Shown piece by piece: positions 1-12,024 of a stretch of 64,000 nucleotides of DNA. The stretch's first letter is position 1. Each line of letters starts with the position of its first letter. The translations under genes and the position numbers were made by a program. Where the stretch lies: assembly GCA_030583765.1 (NCBI GenBank), contig CP129474.1, positions 521,348 through 585,347 of the forward strand. The letters run 5' to 3'. The notes below the pieces were generated by a model. It worked only from the letters and a program-made list of their open reading frames with translations. It was not told the DNA's origin and ran no database searches. This DNA is from Minisyncoccota bacterium (GTDB taxonomy: Bacteria; Patescibacteriota; Minisyncoccia; 2-02-FULL-40-12; GWA2-44-9).

Positions 1-1
1 T

Positions 2-133
2 CGGGCGCAGGTCTTGGCATCTCGTTTTGAGGCTTCACAGGGCGCCCTCAAGCAGAATAGTAAATTGCGTACACTGCGCGTGCAGATTGCCCAGGCGCTC
101 ACGGCATTGAATGCAAAGCAACACACTGCCTAA
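2..133 (+). CDS. rpmC: 50S ribosomal protein L29, 3' portion (5' end outside window)
   Basis: Frame 2 translates to ...LKQNSKLRTLRVQIAQALTALNAKQHTA*. The position directly upstream of S17 fits the conserved L29-S17 order. Confidence 0.65.
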   Translation, partial: RAQVLASRFEASQGALKQNSKLRTLRVQIAQALTALNAKQHTA

Positions 134-145
134 TTATTTTTTTCT

Positions 146-400
146 ATGACATCTTCTCAACCAACAAAAGGACGTCGCCTCACGGGAACTATCGTTTCCG
201 ATAAAATGGACAAGACAGTTGTCGTGGAGATCACGCGCTTGCGCAAGCATGCGGTGTATAAGAAGTATCAAAAAGTTTCGCAGCGCTTTCAGGCGCATGA
301 TGAGCAAGAGCAGTATAACGTTGGAGACCGCGTTATCATTCGCGAGACTCGTCCACTGTCCAAAAATAAGCGCTGGATTGTTGAGGGTAAGGCTGCGTAA
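146..400 (+). CDS. rpsQ: 30S ribosomal protein S17
   Basis: 84 aa with the typical S17 sequence [19 protein letters not shown]...YKKYQK...[15 protein letters not shown]. It sits in conserved operon context. Confidence 0.9.
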   Translation: MTSSQPTKGRRLTGTIVSDKMDKTVVVEITRLRKHAVYKKYQKVSQRFQAHDEQEQYNVGDRVIIRETRPLSKNKRWIVEGKAA

Positions 401-409
401 TACACACAT

Positions 410-775
410 ATGCTTCAACTTCGCTCTATTGTTTCAGTAGCAGATAATACAGGCGCAAAACGCGTCGGTGTTTTCAAGGTGCTTGGCGGTTCTCGCCGTG
501 CCTTTGCGCAGATCGGGGATATTGTAGTTGTATCCGTGAAGGTTGCCGAGCCACGCAAGTTGGTAAAGAAGAAGGACGTACTTCGTGCGGTTGTGGTGCG
601 CCAGCGCAAGCCGTTTCGTCGCAAGGACGGCTCATACATTCGGTTTGATGACAACGCAGTGGTGATCCTTGATGGCGTAGAACCAAAAGGCGGTCGTATT
701 TTTGGTCCTATCCCGCGAGAAATTAAAGAGCGTGGTTTTGCAACTATTGCATCTCTTGCGCAAGAGCTCGTCTAA
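410..775 (+). CDS. rplN: 50S ribosomal protein L14
   Basis: 121 aa with MLQLRSIVSVADNTGAKRV...IFGPIPRE; canonical L14. Confidence 0.95.
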   Translation: MLQLRSIVSVADNTGAKRVGVFKVLGGSRRAFAQIGDIVVVSVKVAEPRKLVKKKDVLRAVVVRQRKPFRRKDGSYIRFDDNAVVILDGVEPKGGRIFGPIPREIKERGFATIASLAQELV

Positions 776-785
776 TTCTATTCAT

Positions 786-1118
786 ATGGCAACACACATG
801 AAAATTCGAGTAGGCGATACGGTAACCATGCTGTCCGGAAAGGATCGCATGAAGACCGGCAAGGTGATACACGCATCTCCTGTTGATGGGAAGGTGCGCA
901 TTGAGGGCTTGAACACCGTTACGCGTTCTTTGCGCTCTCGCAAGCAGGGCCAAAAGGGGCAGAAGGTTTCGAGCGAGCGCTTTGTGTCCGTTTCAAGCGT
1001 CGCGCTTGTATGCCCATCGTGCAAGAAGCAGACGCGCGTTGGATACGAAATCACTGAAGTTTCTGGCAAAAAGCAGAAGCAGCGCGTCTGCAAAAAGTGT
1101 GGAAAGGCGCTTGCATAA
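786..1118 (+). CDS. rplX: 50S ribosomal protein L24 with C-terminal CxxC...CxxC zinc-ribbon tail
   Basis: ATG at 786 lies in frame with the 702 ORF. The KIRVGDTV...GKDRMKTGKV KOW motif is present. The C-terminus reads CPSC...CKKC. Confidence 0.85.
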   Translation: MATHMKIRVGDTVTMLSGKDRMKTGKVIHASPVDGKVRIEGLNTVTRSLRSRKQGQKGQKVSSERFVSVSSVALVCPSCKKQTRVGYEITEVSGKKQKQRVCKKCGKALA

Positions 1119-1151
1119 AAGGTATTTCTCACGTATACTCCACCCGCTTCT

Positions 1152-1691
1152 ATGACCCAACCATTACAGCAACACTATCAAAAGACAATTCTTCCTGCTC
1201 TGCAGAAAGAGTTTGGTATTGCAAATGTGATGGCGGTGCCGCGTATTCAAAAAGTAGTTATCAATACGGGCATCGGGCGCATGGTCAAAGATGGAGGCGC
1301 TATTGAGCGAGTCCAGCGTGACCTTACCGCTCTCTCCGGTCAGAAGCCGGTGATTCGCAAGGCAAAGAAGTCAATCGCTAGTTTCAAGTTGCGTGAGGGG
1401 ATGCCCGTCGGCGTTTCGGTGACGCTTCGCGGCAAGCGTATGTATGACTTTCTGCACCGCCTCATTACATTGGCGCTTCCGATGTCGAAGGATTTTCGTG
1501 GCATCGACCCCAAAAACGTTGATGGCGCAGGCAATCTTAATCTTGGCATTAAGGAGCATACCATTTTCCCCGAAGTATCATATGAATCGGTAAAAGATAT
1601 TTTTAGCCTACAGGTAACTGTTGTAACCACTGCACAAAATCGCGAGCGTGGTATCGCGCTTCTCAAGCAGATTGGAATTCCATTTAAATAA
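1152..1691 (+). CDS. rplE: 50S ribosomal protein L5
   Basis: 179 aa; the sequence and position match L5. Confidence 0.95.
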   Translation: MTQPLQQHYQKTILPALQKEFGIANVMAVPRIQKVVINTGIGRMVKDGGAIERVQRDLTALSGQKPVIRKAKKSIASFKLREGMPVGVSVTLRGKRMYDFLHRLITLALPMSKDFRGIDPKNVDGAGNLNLGIKEHTIFPEVSYESVKDIFSLQVTVVTTAQNRERGIALLKQIGIPFK

Positions 1692-1696
1692 ACGAT

Positions 1697-1885
1697 ATGC
1701 CAAAGAAATCAACCATTGCACGTACCGCAAAGCATACGCCTAAGTTCTCAACTCGGCGCGTGAATCGTTGCGTACTGTGTGGTCGCAAGCATGGATATTT
1801 GCGCGCATTTGGTCTGTGCCGCATTCACTTCCGTGAACTTGCACTCCAAGGATTTCTTCCGGGCGTTCGTAAATCGAGCTGGTAA
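1697..1885 (+). CDS. rpsZ: 30S ribosomal protein S14 (short, zinc-type)
   Basis: 62 aa with CVLCGR...[10 protein letters not shown]...GVRKSSW, which is the type-Z S14 signature. Confidence 0.9.
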   Translation: MPKKSTIARTAKHTPKFSTRRVNRCVLCGRKHGYLRAFGLCRIHFRELALQGFLPGVRKSSW

Positions 1886-1897
1886 TACTTCATTATT

Positions 1898-2311
1898 ATG
1901 GCAATGATCCACGATCCAATCTCAGACATGATCACACGCATTCGCAATGCGCTCGCTGTGCGTGCGACCCATGTACTTGTACCGGCATCTCGCATGAAGA
2001 TGGGCATTGCGCGCGTTCTCCAAGAGGCGGGATACCTTACATCAGTTGAGCGACGTACGAAAAAAGTGCGTGCTACTGAGCACGAATTTATCGATATGGT
2101 ATTTGCGCGCGATACTGATGGTAAGCCTATGATCAATGATATGCGCTTGGTGAGTAAGCCGTCGCGTCACCTGTATGCAAAGGCGCGCGAACTGCGCCCT
2201 GTGCAATCTGGGTTTGGCATCGCGGTACTTTCAACGCCAAAGGGCATCGTGTCATCGCGCACTGCTCGCAAAGAAGGTGTTGGTGGCGAAGTCTTGTTCG
2301 AAATTTGGTAA
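1898..2311 (+). CDS. rpsH: 30S ribosomal protein S8
   Basis: 137 aa beginning DPISDMITRIRNA...; canonical S8. Confidence 0.95.
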   Translation: MAMIHDPISDMITRIRNALAVRATHVLVPASRMKMGIARVLQEAGYLTSVERRTKKVRATEHEFIDMVFARDTDGKPMINDMRLVSKPSRHLYAKARELRPVQSGFGIAVLSTPKGIVSSRTARKEGVGGEVLFEIW

Positions 2312-2320
2312 TTTCCTCCT

Positions 2321-2875
2321 ATGTCTAAAATCGGCAAACGACCAATTCACATTCCTCAAGGGGCATCCGTCACACTCGACGGCACTCTTTTGACCGTGAA
2401 AGGTCCAAAGGGGACAGCAACTCGCACTTTGTCGGGTATTATTGATGTTGCCGTTGATGGCGCGCTGATCCAACTGACGCCTCGCATTGATGCTCCTGTA
2501 GACGCAAAAACTCGCACTATTACTTGGGGTCTCGAGCGCGCCACCATCCAAAATATGTTGACTGGCGTGACCGCAGGTTTCACAAAGGCGCTTGAATTTA
2601 ATGGGGTCGGCTACAAGGCAGTTCTTCAAGGAAAGAATCTTGAACTTAGTCTCGGATTCTCGCATACTATCCCATTTATAGCTCCCGAAGGCATTCAATT
2701 TTCAGTAGAAAAGAACGTGCTCACTATTAGCGGGACTGATAAGGAGACCGTGGGCCAAGTCGCTGCAGAAATCCGCTCACTAAAGAAGCCAGAACCGTAT
2801 AAGGGTAGTGGCATTCGTTACCAGGGCGAAGTTATTAAGCAAAAGGCTGGTAAGAAGGCTATCGCATCAAGTTAA
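2321..2875 (+). CDS. rplF: 50S ribosomal protein L6
   Basis: 184 aa with MSKIGKRPIHIPQG...GYKA...GSGIRY; canonical L6. Confidence 0.95.
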   Translation: MSKIGKRPIHIPQGASVTLDGTLLTVKGPKGTATRTLSGIIDVAVDGALIQLTPRIDAPVDAKTRTITWGLERATIQNMLTGVTAGFTKALEFNGVGYKAVLQGKNLELSLGFSHTIPFIAPEGIQFSVEKNVLTISGTDKETVGQVAAEIRSLKKPEPYKGSGIRYQGEVIKQKAGKKAIASS

Positions 2876-3258
2876 TGCATTCTATGACACACGCCATTTC
2901 TAAAAACGCAGGTCGTATCCGTCGTCACGCACGTATCCGTGCGACGATTTCTGGCACCGCGGCTCGTCCTCGCGTGTGCGTCTTTAAGAGTAACTCATAC
3001 ACCTATGCGCAAGTGATTGATGACACAACGCGCAAGACGCTTTTCTCAGTGCACGATCATGAGCTAAAACCCGCTTCCGACGCTCCTGAAGGATCAGGCG
3101 CAAAGGTTGCAAAAGCATTTGCGATTGGTAAGGCGCTTGGCGAGAAGCTTAAGGCCGCAAAGATTTCAACGGTAGTATTCGACCGTGGTGGTTTCGCATA
3201 TCATGGCCGCGTGCGCGCCGTGGCCGAAGGCTTGCGCAGCGCTGGAATCTCCGTATAA
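2875..3258 (+). CDS. rplR: 50S ribosomal protein L18
   Basis: 127 aa containing RPRVCVFKSN..YAQVIDD...VFDRGGFAYHGRV. The exact start is uncertain. Confidence 0.9.
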   Translation: MHSMTHAISKNAGRIRRHARIRATISGTAARPRVCVFKSNSYTYAQVIDDTTRKTLFSVHDHELKPASDAPEGSGAKVAKAFAIGKALGEKLKAAKISTVVFDRGGFAYHGRVRAVAEGLRSAGISV

Positions 3259-3277
3259 TCACTAGACATTCTTAACT

Positions 3278-3901
3278 ATGGACGAACAGACACCAGTACA
3301 ACCAACTCCAGAGGTAACGCCAACGGCTCCGGCGGCTTCTGAGCCACAGCGCCACGGTCGTGGTGGTGGTCAGCGTTTTGGAAATCGTCGTCCAGGAGGT
3401 CGCCAAGGTCGTCGTCCTGCGCGTCCAATGGAGAAGCCAGAATATGAGCAAAAGACAATTGATCTTGCTCGTGTTGCTCGTGTCACAAAAGGTGGTAAGC
3501 GCTTCTCTTTCCGTGCAACGGTGGTTATCGGCGACGGCAAATCTCGTGTCGGTATCGGCATGGGCAAGGGCAAGGACGTCGCTCAATCGGTGCAGAAAGC
3601 ATACAATCAGGCGAAGAAGCGCCTGGTGACGATTCTGACCGTTAATGGCACTATTCCTAACACCGTACAGGCAAACTTTCACGGCGCAACGGTTATTCTG
3701 AAGCCTGCGAAAGGTGGTGTGAAAGCGGGTGGCCCTGTGCGTGTTGTTGCAAAGCTCGCTGGTATTACGAGTTTGACCGGCAAGTTGATCGAGCGCACCA
3801 ACAACAAAATCAATATTGCTATGGCGACAATCAAGGCACTTGGCATGTTGCGTGATCGCGCGCGTGACCGATTCGCGCGCGTGGCTCCGCCGTCTGCTTA
3901 A
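3278..3901 (+). CDS. rpsE: 30S ribosomal protein S5 with R/G-rich N-terminal extension
   Basis: 207 aa. The S5 core is ...RVTKGGKRFSFRATVVIGDG...GIGMGKGKDV... An about 50-aa extension precedes it. Confidence 0.9.
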   Translation: MDEQTPVQPTPEVTPTAPAASEPQRHGRGGGQRFGNRRPGGRQGRRPARPMEKPEYEQKTIDLARVARVTKGGKRFSFRATVVIGDGKSRVGIGMGKGKDVAQSVQKAYNQAKKRLVTILTVNGTIPNTVQANFHGATVILKPAKGGVKAGGPVRVVAKLAGITSLTGKLIERTNNKINIAMATIKALGMLRDRARDRFARVAPPSA

Positions 3902-3909
3902 TATTTTCT

Positions 3910-4380
3910 ATGCAACGTCAATCTATCAAATCAGCATCTCGTAGCATCGGTAAGCGCGTTGGCCGTGGTGGCAAGCGTGGAACGACATCCGGTGGTGGCA
4001 CTAAGGGACAAAAGGGTCGCGCTGGCGCAAGTGTGCGCCCGGGTTTCCGCGGCGGTGATAACCGCATCTGGCAATTGTTCCCAAAGCAACGTGGTGCAAC
4101 AAAGAAGCATGGCAGTAAGCGTGTACACCGCAAGCATCGTCGCTATCAGATCATTGCGGGCAAGCCTGCAGTTATTAATGTCGCCGCGCTTAACGCATTC
4201 TCTGCAGGAGATTCGGTGACACTCGCAACATTAAAAGAGCGTCGTCTTGTAAGTGGCGCCGCAAAAGCAGCGAAGATTTTGGGCACTGGTGAGGTAAAGG
4301 TAAAAGTAACAGTTGAAGGCGTTGACGTGTCTGCGTCCGCGCGGGAGAAGATCACTGCCGCCGGCGGGACCGTTGCGTAA
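3910..4380 (+). CDS. rplO: 50S ribosomal protein L15
   Basis: 156 aa with the G/K/R-rich L15 N-terminus. It follows S5 directly, so there is no rpmD/L30 between them. Confidence 0.9.
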   Translation: MQRQSIKSASRSIGKRVGRGGKRGTTSGGGTKGQKGRAGASVRPGFRGGDNRIWQLFPKQRGATKKHGSKRVHRKHRRYQIIAGKPAVINVAALNAFSAGDSVTLATLKERRLVSGAAKAAKILGTGEVKVKVTVEGVDVSASAREKITAAGGTVA

Positions 4381-4390
4381 CCTATTTGTT

Positions 4391-5650
4391 ATGGATCGTA
4401 TTCTGACCGCACTGAAGCGTCCGGAGCTCCGGAGCAAGATACTCTTTATTCTGGGTATCCTTGCATTGTCGCGCGTCCTCTCAACGATCCCTGTGCCTGC
4501 AATCGACGGCAGTCAGTTGAAGGAATTTTTTGCAAACAACCAATTCTTTGGTCTTATTAGCGCGTTCACGGGTGGTGGCCTCTCCAATCTTTCCATTGCC
4601 ATGATCGGCTTGGGTGCATACATCACCGCGTCGATCATTATGCAGTTGATGACTATGATCTTTCCTTCGATGGAGCAGTTGTACAAACATGAAGGAGAGG
4701 CGGGTCGCGCAAAGTTCAATCAATATTCCCGCATGCTTGCAGTGCCACTCGGCGCTATCCAGGCATACGGATTTCTAACGCTCTTGGTGCGTCAGAGTGT
4801 TATCCCTGCGATGTCCGGGTTCGAATGGTTTAATGCCATCACTGTTGTGGTTGCGGGAAGTATGCTTCTTATGTGGCTTGGTGAGCTGATGACCGAAAAG
4901 AATCTCGGCAACGGTGTCTCGCTCTTGATTCTTGCGGGTATCGCTGCGAGCATTCCCACAACGCTCCGACAGGCAATTTTTACCTACACACCCGATCAAC
5001 TCGTCACCTACATTGTCTTTGCAGTAATCTCGCTGGTTGTTATCGCCGGGGTCGTCTTTATCTCAGAGGCGCAGCGTAATATTCCAGTAACCTACGCGCG
5101 TCGCGTGCGCGGTTCCCGTGTATTCGGTGGGGTTTCCACGTATCTTCCTATGCGTGTGAATAACGCTGGTGTTATCCCGATTATCTTCGCACTCTCAATT
5201 CTTCTCTTCCCGGGCACGATCGCCACCTTCTTTGCGGGCTCGAGCATTACATTCCTTGCGAACGCGGCGCAATTCGTGCAGAACATTCTTGCGAGCAACC
5301 TGTGGTACAGCATATTCTACTTTGTGCTCGTGGTGCTCTTCACCTTCTTCTACACGGCAGTGACGTTTGATCCGAAGTCTATCTCTGAAAACATCCAGAA
5401 GCAGGGCGGCTACATTCCCGGCTTGCGTCCAGGTCCTATGACCGCGCAATTCCTCTCGTATCTGGTAAACCGCATCACGTTGGTCGGCGCACTCTTCCTT
5501 GGCGCAGTTGCTGTGCTCCCTAATGTGGTACAGGGCTTCACCGGCTTGACCGCCTTCTCCATTGGTGGAACAACTGTACTTATCGTGGTGTCAGTTGCGC
5601 TTGAGCTCATGAAACAGCTCGACGCTCAAGTCAGCATGTACGAATACTAG
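4391..5650 (+). CDS. secY: Preprotein translocase subunit SecY
   Basis: ATG at 4391 is in frame with the 4313 ORF. The protein is multi-TM, has SecY motifs and sits after L15. Confidence 0.9.
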   Translation: MDRILTALKRPELRSKILFILGILALSRVLSTIPVPAIDGSQLKEFFANNQFFGLISAFTGGGLSNLSIAMIGLGAYITASIIMQLMTMIFPSMEQLYKHEGEAGRAKFNQYSRMLAVPLGAIQAYGFLTLLVRQSVIPAMSGFEWFNAITVVVAGSMLLMWLGELMTEKNLGNGVSLLILAGIAASIPTTLRQAIFTYTPDQLVTYIVFAVISLVVIAGVVFISEAQRNIPVTYARRVRGSRVFGGVSTYLPMRVNNAGVIPIIFALSILLFPGTIATFFAGSSITFLANAAQFVQNILASNLWYSIFYFVLVVLFTFFYTAVTFDPKSISENIQKQGGYIPGLRPGPMTAQFLSYLVNRITLVGALFLGAVAVLPNVVQGFTGLTAFSIGGTTVLIVVSVALELMKQLDAQVSMYEY

Positions 5651-5697
5651 TAAAAACGAAGTAGAAAATTTCTCCCAAGGGCGCCCAAGCGGCGCTC

Positions 5698-5726
5698 TTG
5701 ACTTTTACATAAATAAACTGGATAAT
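5698..5726 (+). promoter_or_regulatory. Cassette 1 promoter: TTGACT-17bp-GATAAT
   Basis: -35 is TTGACT at 5698-5703. The spacer is 17 nt. -10 is GATAAT at 5721-5726. The RBS GAGGAGGTGGGC ends 1 nt before ATG 5750. Confidence 0.6.
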
Positions 5727-5749
5727 GTATGCACCACGAGGAGGTGGGC

Positions 5750-6151
5750 ATGGAGAGCTTTTTCACTGACATGGGCGAGGGCGATCGCGTGGTCGCGCAC
5801 GTCGGGATGCACTCGATCGACATGAGCCCCGAAGGGCGACCGGATGTGGCCTTGTCGTTGCCGATCAACGACATCGGGTACGGGGAGAGCGCTGATGTGT
5901 TGGAGGAGTATATCCTCGCCATCAACGCTGCGCTGAAGCTGGCTCATCGTCGGCTTCGTCTCGAAAGGGTTTTCGACCACCATGGCGAAGAGGTCGTGTT
6001 CGAGGGCGAGGTTTCTTTCGAGGGGCTGGTCGAAGAGGAGGGTCGTCGGGAAGAGGAGAACCCGGAAGATCCTCTGTACGCGAAGAGATTCGTTTTCATC
6101 TTCGAGGCGCTCCCCAACCCGACGTTGCGGGATCGCCACATGATGCCCTAG
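5750..6151 (+). CDS. Hypothetical acidic protein (cassette 1); GC-rich foreign-looking ORF inserted between secY and adk
   Basis: 133 aa. The start is set by the strong RBS: MESFFTDMGEGDRV... The codons are G/C3-saturated, unlike the flanking ribosomal genes. No motif was recognised. Confidence 0.6.
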   Translation: MESFFTDMGEGDRVVAHVGMHSIDMSPEGRPDVALSLPINDIGYGESADVLEEYILAINAALKLAHRRLRLERVFDHHGEEVVFEGEVSFEGLVEEEGRREEENPEDPLYAKRFVFIFEALPNPTLRDRHMMP

Positions 6152-6164
6152 TTGTGGGCTCGCC

Positions 6165-6215
6165 TACGCGCGTCGTTTCCTTCGGGAACCGGCGCGCTGT
6201 TCTTTTTTTATTTGG
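6165..6215 (+). terminator. Intrinsic terminator of cassette 1
   Basis: GC stem flanking a TTCC-TTCG-GGAA hairpin, followed by TGTTCTTTTTTTATTT. Confidence 0.55.
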
Positions 6216-6231
6216 CGTGTACAATACGACT

Positions 6232-6921
6232 ATGGAAAAACAGGCAATCATTCTCATTGGGCCACCGGGCGCAGGGAAGGGAACACAAGCTGAATTACTC
6301 GCCGATGATTTCGGTTTTTTTCACTTTGACACCTCGCAAATCATCGAAGAACGTTTTCGTACTGCGCCCGCCGATGATCCCGTGATCGCGCAAGCGAAGG
6401 CGAACTATGATGCGGGAAAACTCGTAGAGCCAGCACTCGTGGCAAGTTGGGTGATTGATAAAATCCGGGCGCTCGGCATTGGCGGCACCAGCATTGTATT
6501 TAGTGGTTCGTTCCGTACAAACACCGAAGCAGCTGAAGAGCTCCCCGTATTGCAAGAAGTGTATGGCGCCAAAAATGTGCACATTGTGAACATTGAAGTG
6601 GGAGAAGAAGAGTCGGTGAAGCGCAACTCGGGTCGTCGGGTGTGTAAGGTAAACCGTCACCCCATTCCCAACTTCCCGGAATTTGCGAATATCACTGCGT
6701 GCCCCAAAGATGGTAGTGAGATCGTGACGCGGAGTCTCGACGTTCCCGAAACTATTCGCGTGCGCTACGCAACATATCAAGAGCAAACGAAGCCCGTTGT
6801 CGCCTACTTTGAGGGGCAAGGGTATACGGTCATCCGCATCGATGGCGAACAACCCATTCGCAAGGTGCATGAAGATATCATGGAGCGTATTCACGAATTT
6901 TCACATCCGCAAAATATATGA
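6232..6921 (+). CDS. adk: Adenylate kinase
   Basis: MEKQAIILIGPPGAGKGTQ P-loop at the N-terminus. ATG 6232 is in frame within the 6154 ORF. Confidence 0.9.
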   Translation: MEKQAIILIGPPGAGKGTQAELLADDFGFFHFDTSQIIEERFRTAPADDPVIAQAKANYDAGKLVEPALVASWVIDKIRALGIGGTSIVFSGSFRTNTEAAEELPVLQEVYGAKNVHIVNIEVGEEESVKRNSGRRVCKVNRHPIPNFPEFANITACPKDGSEIVTRSLDVPETIRVRYATYQEQTKPVVAYFEGQGYTVIRIDGEQPIRKVHEDIMERIHEFSHPQNI

Positions 6922-7673
6922 TCCTCAAAGAGCAAGATATTCAATTCATGCGTGAAGGTGGAAAAATACTCGCAACAATATTGCGAGAGCTTGCCGCGTC
7001 AGTGAAGCCCGGCATGCCCACGCAGGCATTAGAAGACATCGCCCGTGAGCGTATCGCAGCGCATGGGGTTACTTCATCTTTTTTGGGATATAACGGGTAT
7101 CCCGCAACGCTCTGTGTGAGTGTGAATGAGGAAGCGGTGCATGCAGTGCCGGGAGGATACATCATCCAAGAGGGAGATCTGGTAAAGCTTGATTTCGGCG
7201 TGGTGCACCATGGCCTGCACACTGATAGCGCCGTGACCGTGATTGCCGGACTCACCGACGCACGAAAAAAAGAGTGGCAAGACCGCATCACGCTTTCGCG
7301 CGTAACGCGTGAGGCGCTCTATGCGGGCATTGCGCAAGCGCGTGCCGGAAACACGGTGGGGCACATCGGTGCTGCAATCCAAGCGCATGCAGAAAAAAAT
7401 GGATTCACGGTTTTAAAAGATCTGGGTGGACACGGGATCGGTATGCGGTTGCATGAGGATCCTTTTGTGCCAAACCACGGCTCTGCGGGGGAGGGGGACA
7501 CACTCGTAGCCGGCATGGCGCTTGCGATCGAACCTATTTTAACGACGGGCACACACAAGACAAAAGACGGAACCGATGGCTTTGCATACGTCACCAAAAA
7601 CGGAGCGCTCTCTGCACATTTTGAACATACTATTATCGTCACGGAGGGGGCTCCTATCATCGTAACTGAGTAG
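6918..7673 (+). CDS. map: Methionine aminopeptidase type I
   Basis: 251 aa with a typical MetAP pita-bread fold sequence. It follows adk. Confidence 0.9.
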   Translation: MILKEQDIQFMREGGKILATILRELAASVKPGMPTQALEDIARERIAAHGVTSSFLGYNGYPATLCVSVNEEAVHAVPGGYIIQEGDLVKLDFGVVHHGLHTDSAVTVIAGLTDARKKEWQDRITLSRVTREALYAGIAQARAGNTVGHIGAAIQAHAEKNGFTVLKDLGGHGIGMRLHEDPFVPNHGSAGEGDTLVAGMALAIEPILTTGTHKTKDGTDGFAYVTKNGALSAHFEHTIIVTEGAPIIVTE

Positions 7674-7685
7674 TCCTAAGGGGTA

Positions 7686-7713
7686 TTGACTTTATATACA
7701 AAGGTAGTATAAT
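7686..7713 (+). promoter_or_regulatory. Cassette 2 promoter: TTGACT-16bp-TATAAT
   Basis: -35 at 7686-7691 and -10 at 7708-7713. The RBS CAGGAGGTGGCAC is followed by ATG 7735. Confidence 0.6.
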
Positions 7714-7734
7714 ATACGCTCAGGAGGTGGCACT

Positions 7735-8328
7735 ATGGCCACGATGATGCAGGTCGGTCTGGCGGAGTTCGGCGCGAACGTCCGCCCCATCGCGGAGCGC
7801 ACCTTTCGGTGCCTCGTGCACAAGCGCGAGGTGACGTCTCGGGACGGTTTCGTCCTGAGCATCGGCAACATCCAGAAGGAGCTCGGACTGCCGGCGAAGC
7901 AGCTGCCGGCGATTCACCAGCTCAGCGGGTTCGTCGCCTGCTACGAGTGTCTCCCGAGTGTGAGGTCCTTCTACGGGGTGTCGTTCATGCCCCGCCTCGG
8001 GGACCAGCTCGCGCTGCTCGATCGGCACTTCAAGCTGGCGGCCCAGCAGGTGAGGGCGCGGCCGATCGCTCCGGCGACGGTCGTGCAGGGCACGACGACG
8101 GGGCGCACGGGGACGGCCATGCCCACGCTCCCTGCCGGCTACTTCGAGCGCCGGGGCCAGGCCCACAAGGGCCGGAAGTCCCGGGCCCAGAGGCGCGCGG
8201 AGGCGATGGCCAAGCGCGCGCGGCCGGCGGCCACCGCGGCCGTCGACAAGAAGGCCGCGAAGAAGGCCGCCAAGCAGGCGGCCAAGGCCAAGAACCAGAA
8301 GGGCAACGGTGGCAAGAAGCGCCACTAG
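7735..8328 (+). CDS. Hypothetical protein with histone H1/AlgP-like KAAK-repeat basic tail (cassette 2), likely nucleic-acid binding
   Basis: 197 aa. The N-terminal domain is about 110 aa. The tail reads ...KRARPAATAAVDKKAAKKAAKQAAKAKNQKGNGGKKRH. The sequence is very GC-rich. Overlapping alternative-frame ORFs are GC artefacts. Confidence 0.6.
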   Translation: MATMMQVGLAEFGANVRPIAERTFRCLVHKREVTSRDGFVLSIGNIQKELGLPAKQLPAIHQLSGFVACYECLPSVRSFYGVSFMPRLGDQLALLDRHFKLAAQQVRARPIAPATVVQGTTTGRTGTAMPTLPAGYFERRGQAHKGRKSRAQRRAEAMAKRARPAATAAVDKKAAKKAAKQAAKAKNQKGNGGKKRH

Positions 8329-8338
8329 CGGCCCACTT

Positions 8339-8388
8339 GCGGGGGTGTGTGCATACGGTGCACATACCCCCGCTTTTTCTTTGTTTTT
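8339..8388 (+). terminator. Intrinsic terminator of cassette 2
   Basis: GCGGGGGTGTGTGCA...TGCACATACCCCCGC hairpin followed by TTTTTCTTTGTTTTT. Confidence 0.6.
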
Positions 8389-8406
8389 CCATATAGGCAT
8401 ACACTA

Positions 8407-8436
8407 TTGACCTCTGGAAGGCTCTTCTGATATACT
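8407..8436 (+). promoter_or_regulatory. Putative 23S-5S rRNA operon promoter (TTGACC-18-TATACT) with leader hairpins downstream
   Basis: A near-consensus promoter lies about 290 bp upstream of the 23S 5' end. Leader stem-loops at about 8505-8535 and 8680-8720 look like processing stems. Confidence 0.4.
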
Positions 8437-8722
8437 CCCTAGTACCCAAAGATGATTACCTACCAGACAAGCGAAACCCTCAGCGGCTGACAGACCGTGT
8501 TCGCACGTCTGAAAAAGCCGCCTCAAGGCGGTTTCTGTGTCTCTAGGAGCATCACGCGGGTCGCTTCGCCCTAAGGGGCGAGACGAACCTCGCTCCATGA
8601 TCCTTTGGTATCATGAGCGGGCAGTACGTTGACAACGTGGAACGGGAGCTGAACGAAAGTTCAGCTTTGTATTGTTCGCTTTATAAGAGACCTAGGACCT
8701 CGAGTCCTAGGTGGTACTTTGT

Positions 8723-11815
<3,093 letters not shown>

Positions 11816-11873
11816 GGTCTCTTATAAAACAAACAACACAAAACCGTTCCACGTAGCGTAAAAACGCTAGAAA

Positions 11874-11985
11874 CTTGGCAGCTATACTGTAGGTGTCCCA
11901 CCTGATCCCATTCCGAACTCAGAAGTGAAATCCTGCAAGGCCCATGATAGTCGGACTCTTCCGGCGAAAGTAGGTAGCTGCCAGA
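11874..11985 (+). rRNA. rrf: 5S ribosomal RNA
   Basis: CTTGGCAGC...CCCACCTGATCCCATTCCGAACTCAGAAGTGAAA...GCTGCCAG; canonical 5S helices. Confidence 0.8.
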
Positions 11986-12024
11986 TTTCTGGCGTTTTTA
12001 TGTTGGTGAGGTATACTTGCAGAT

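Noticed and set aside
7720-8449. Alternative-frame ORFs over cassette 2 (7809-8396 +, 7720-8400 -, 8030-8449 -) and similar ones over cassette 4 (29194-29748 -, 29262-29741 +) and cassette 1 (5705-6139 -).
   Set aside because: These are high-GC artefacts. Only the frames placed by the promoter-RBS spacing give non-repetitive, domain-like proteins. The alternatives are R/G/A-rich low-complexity translations.
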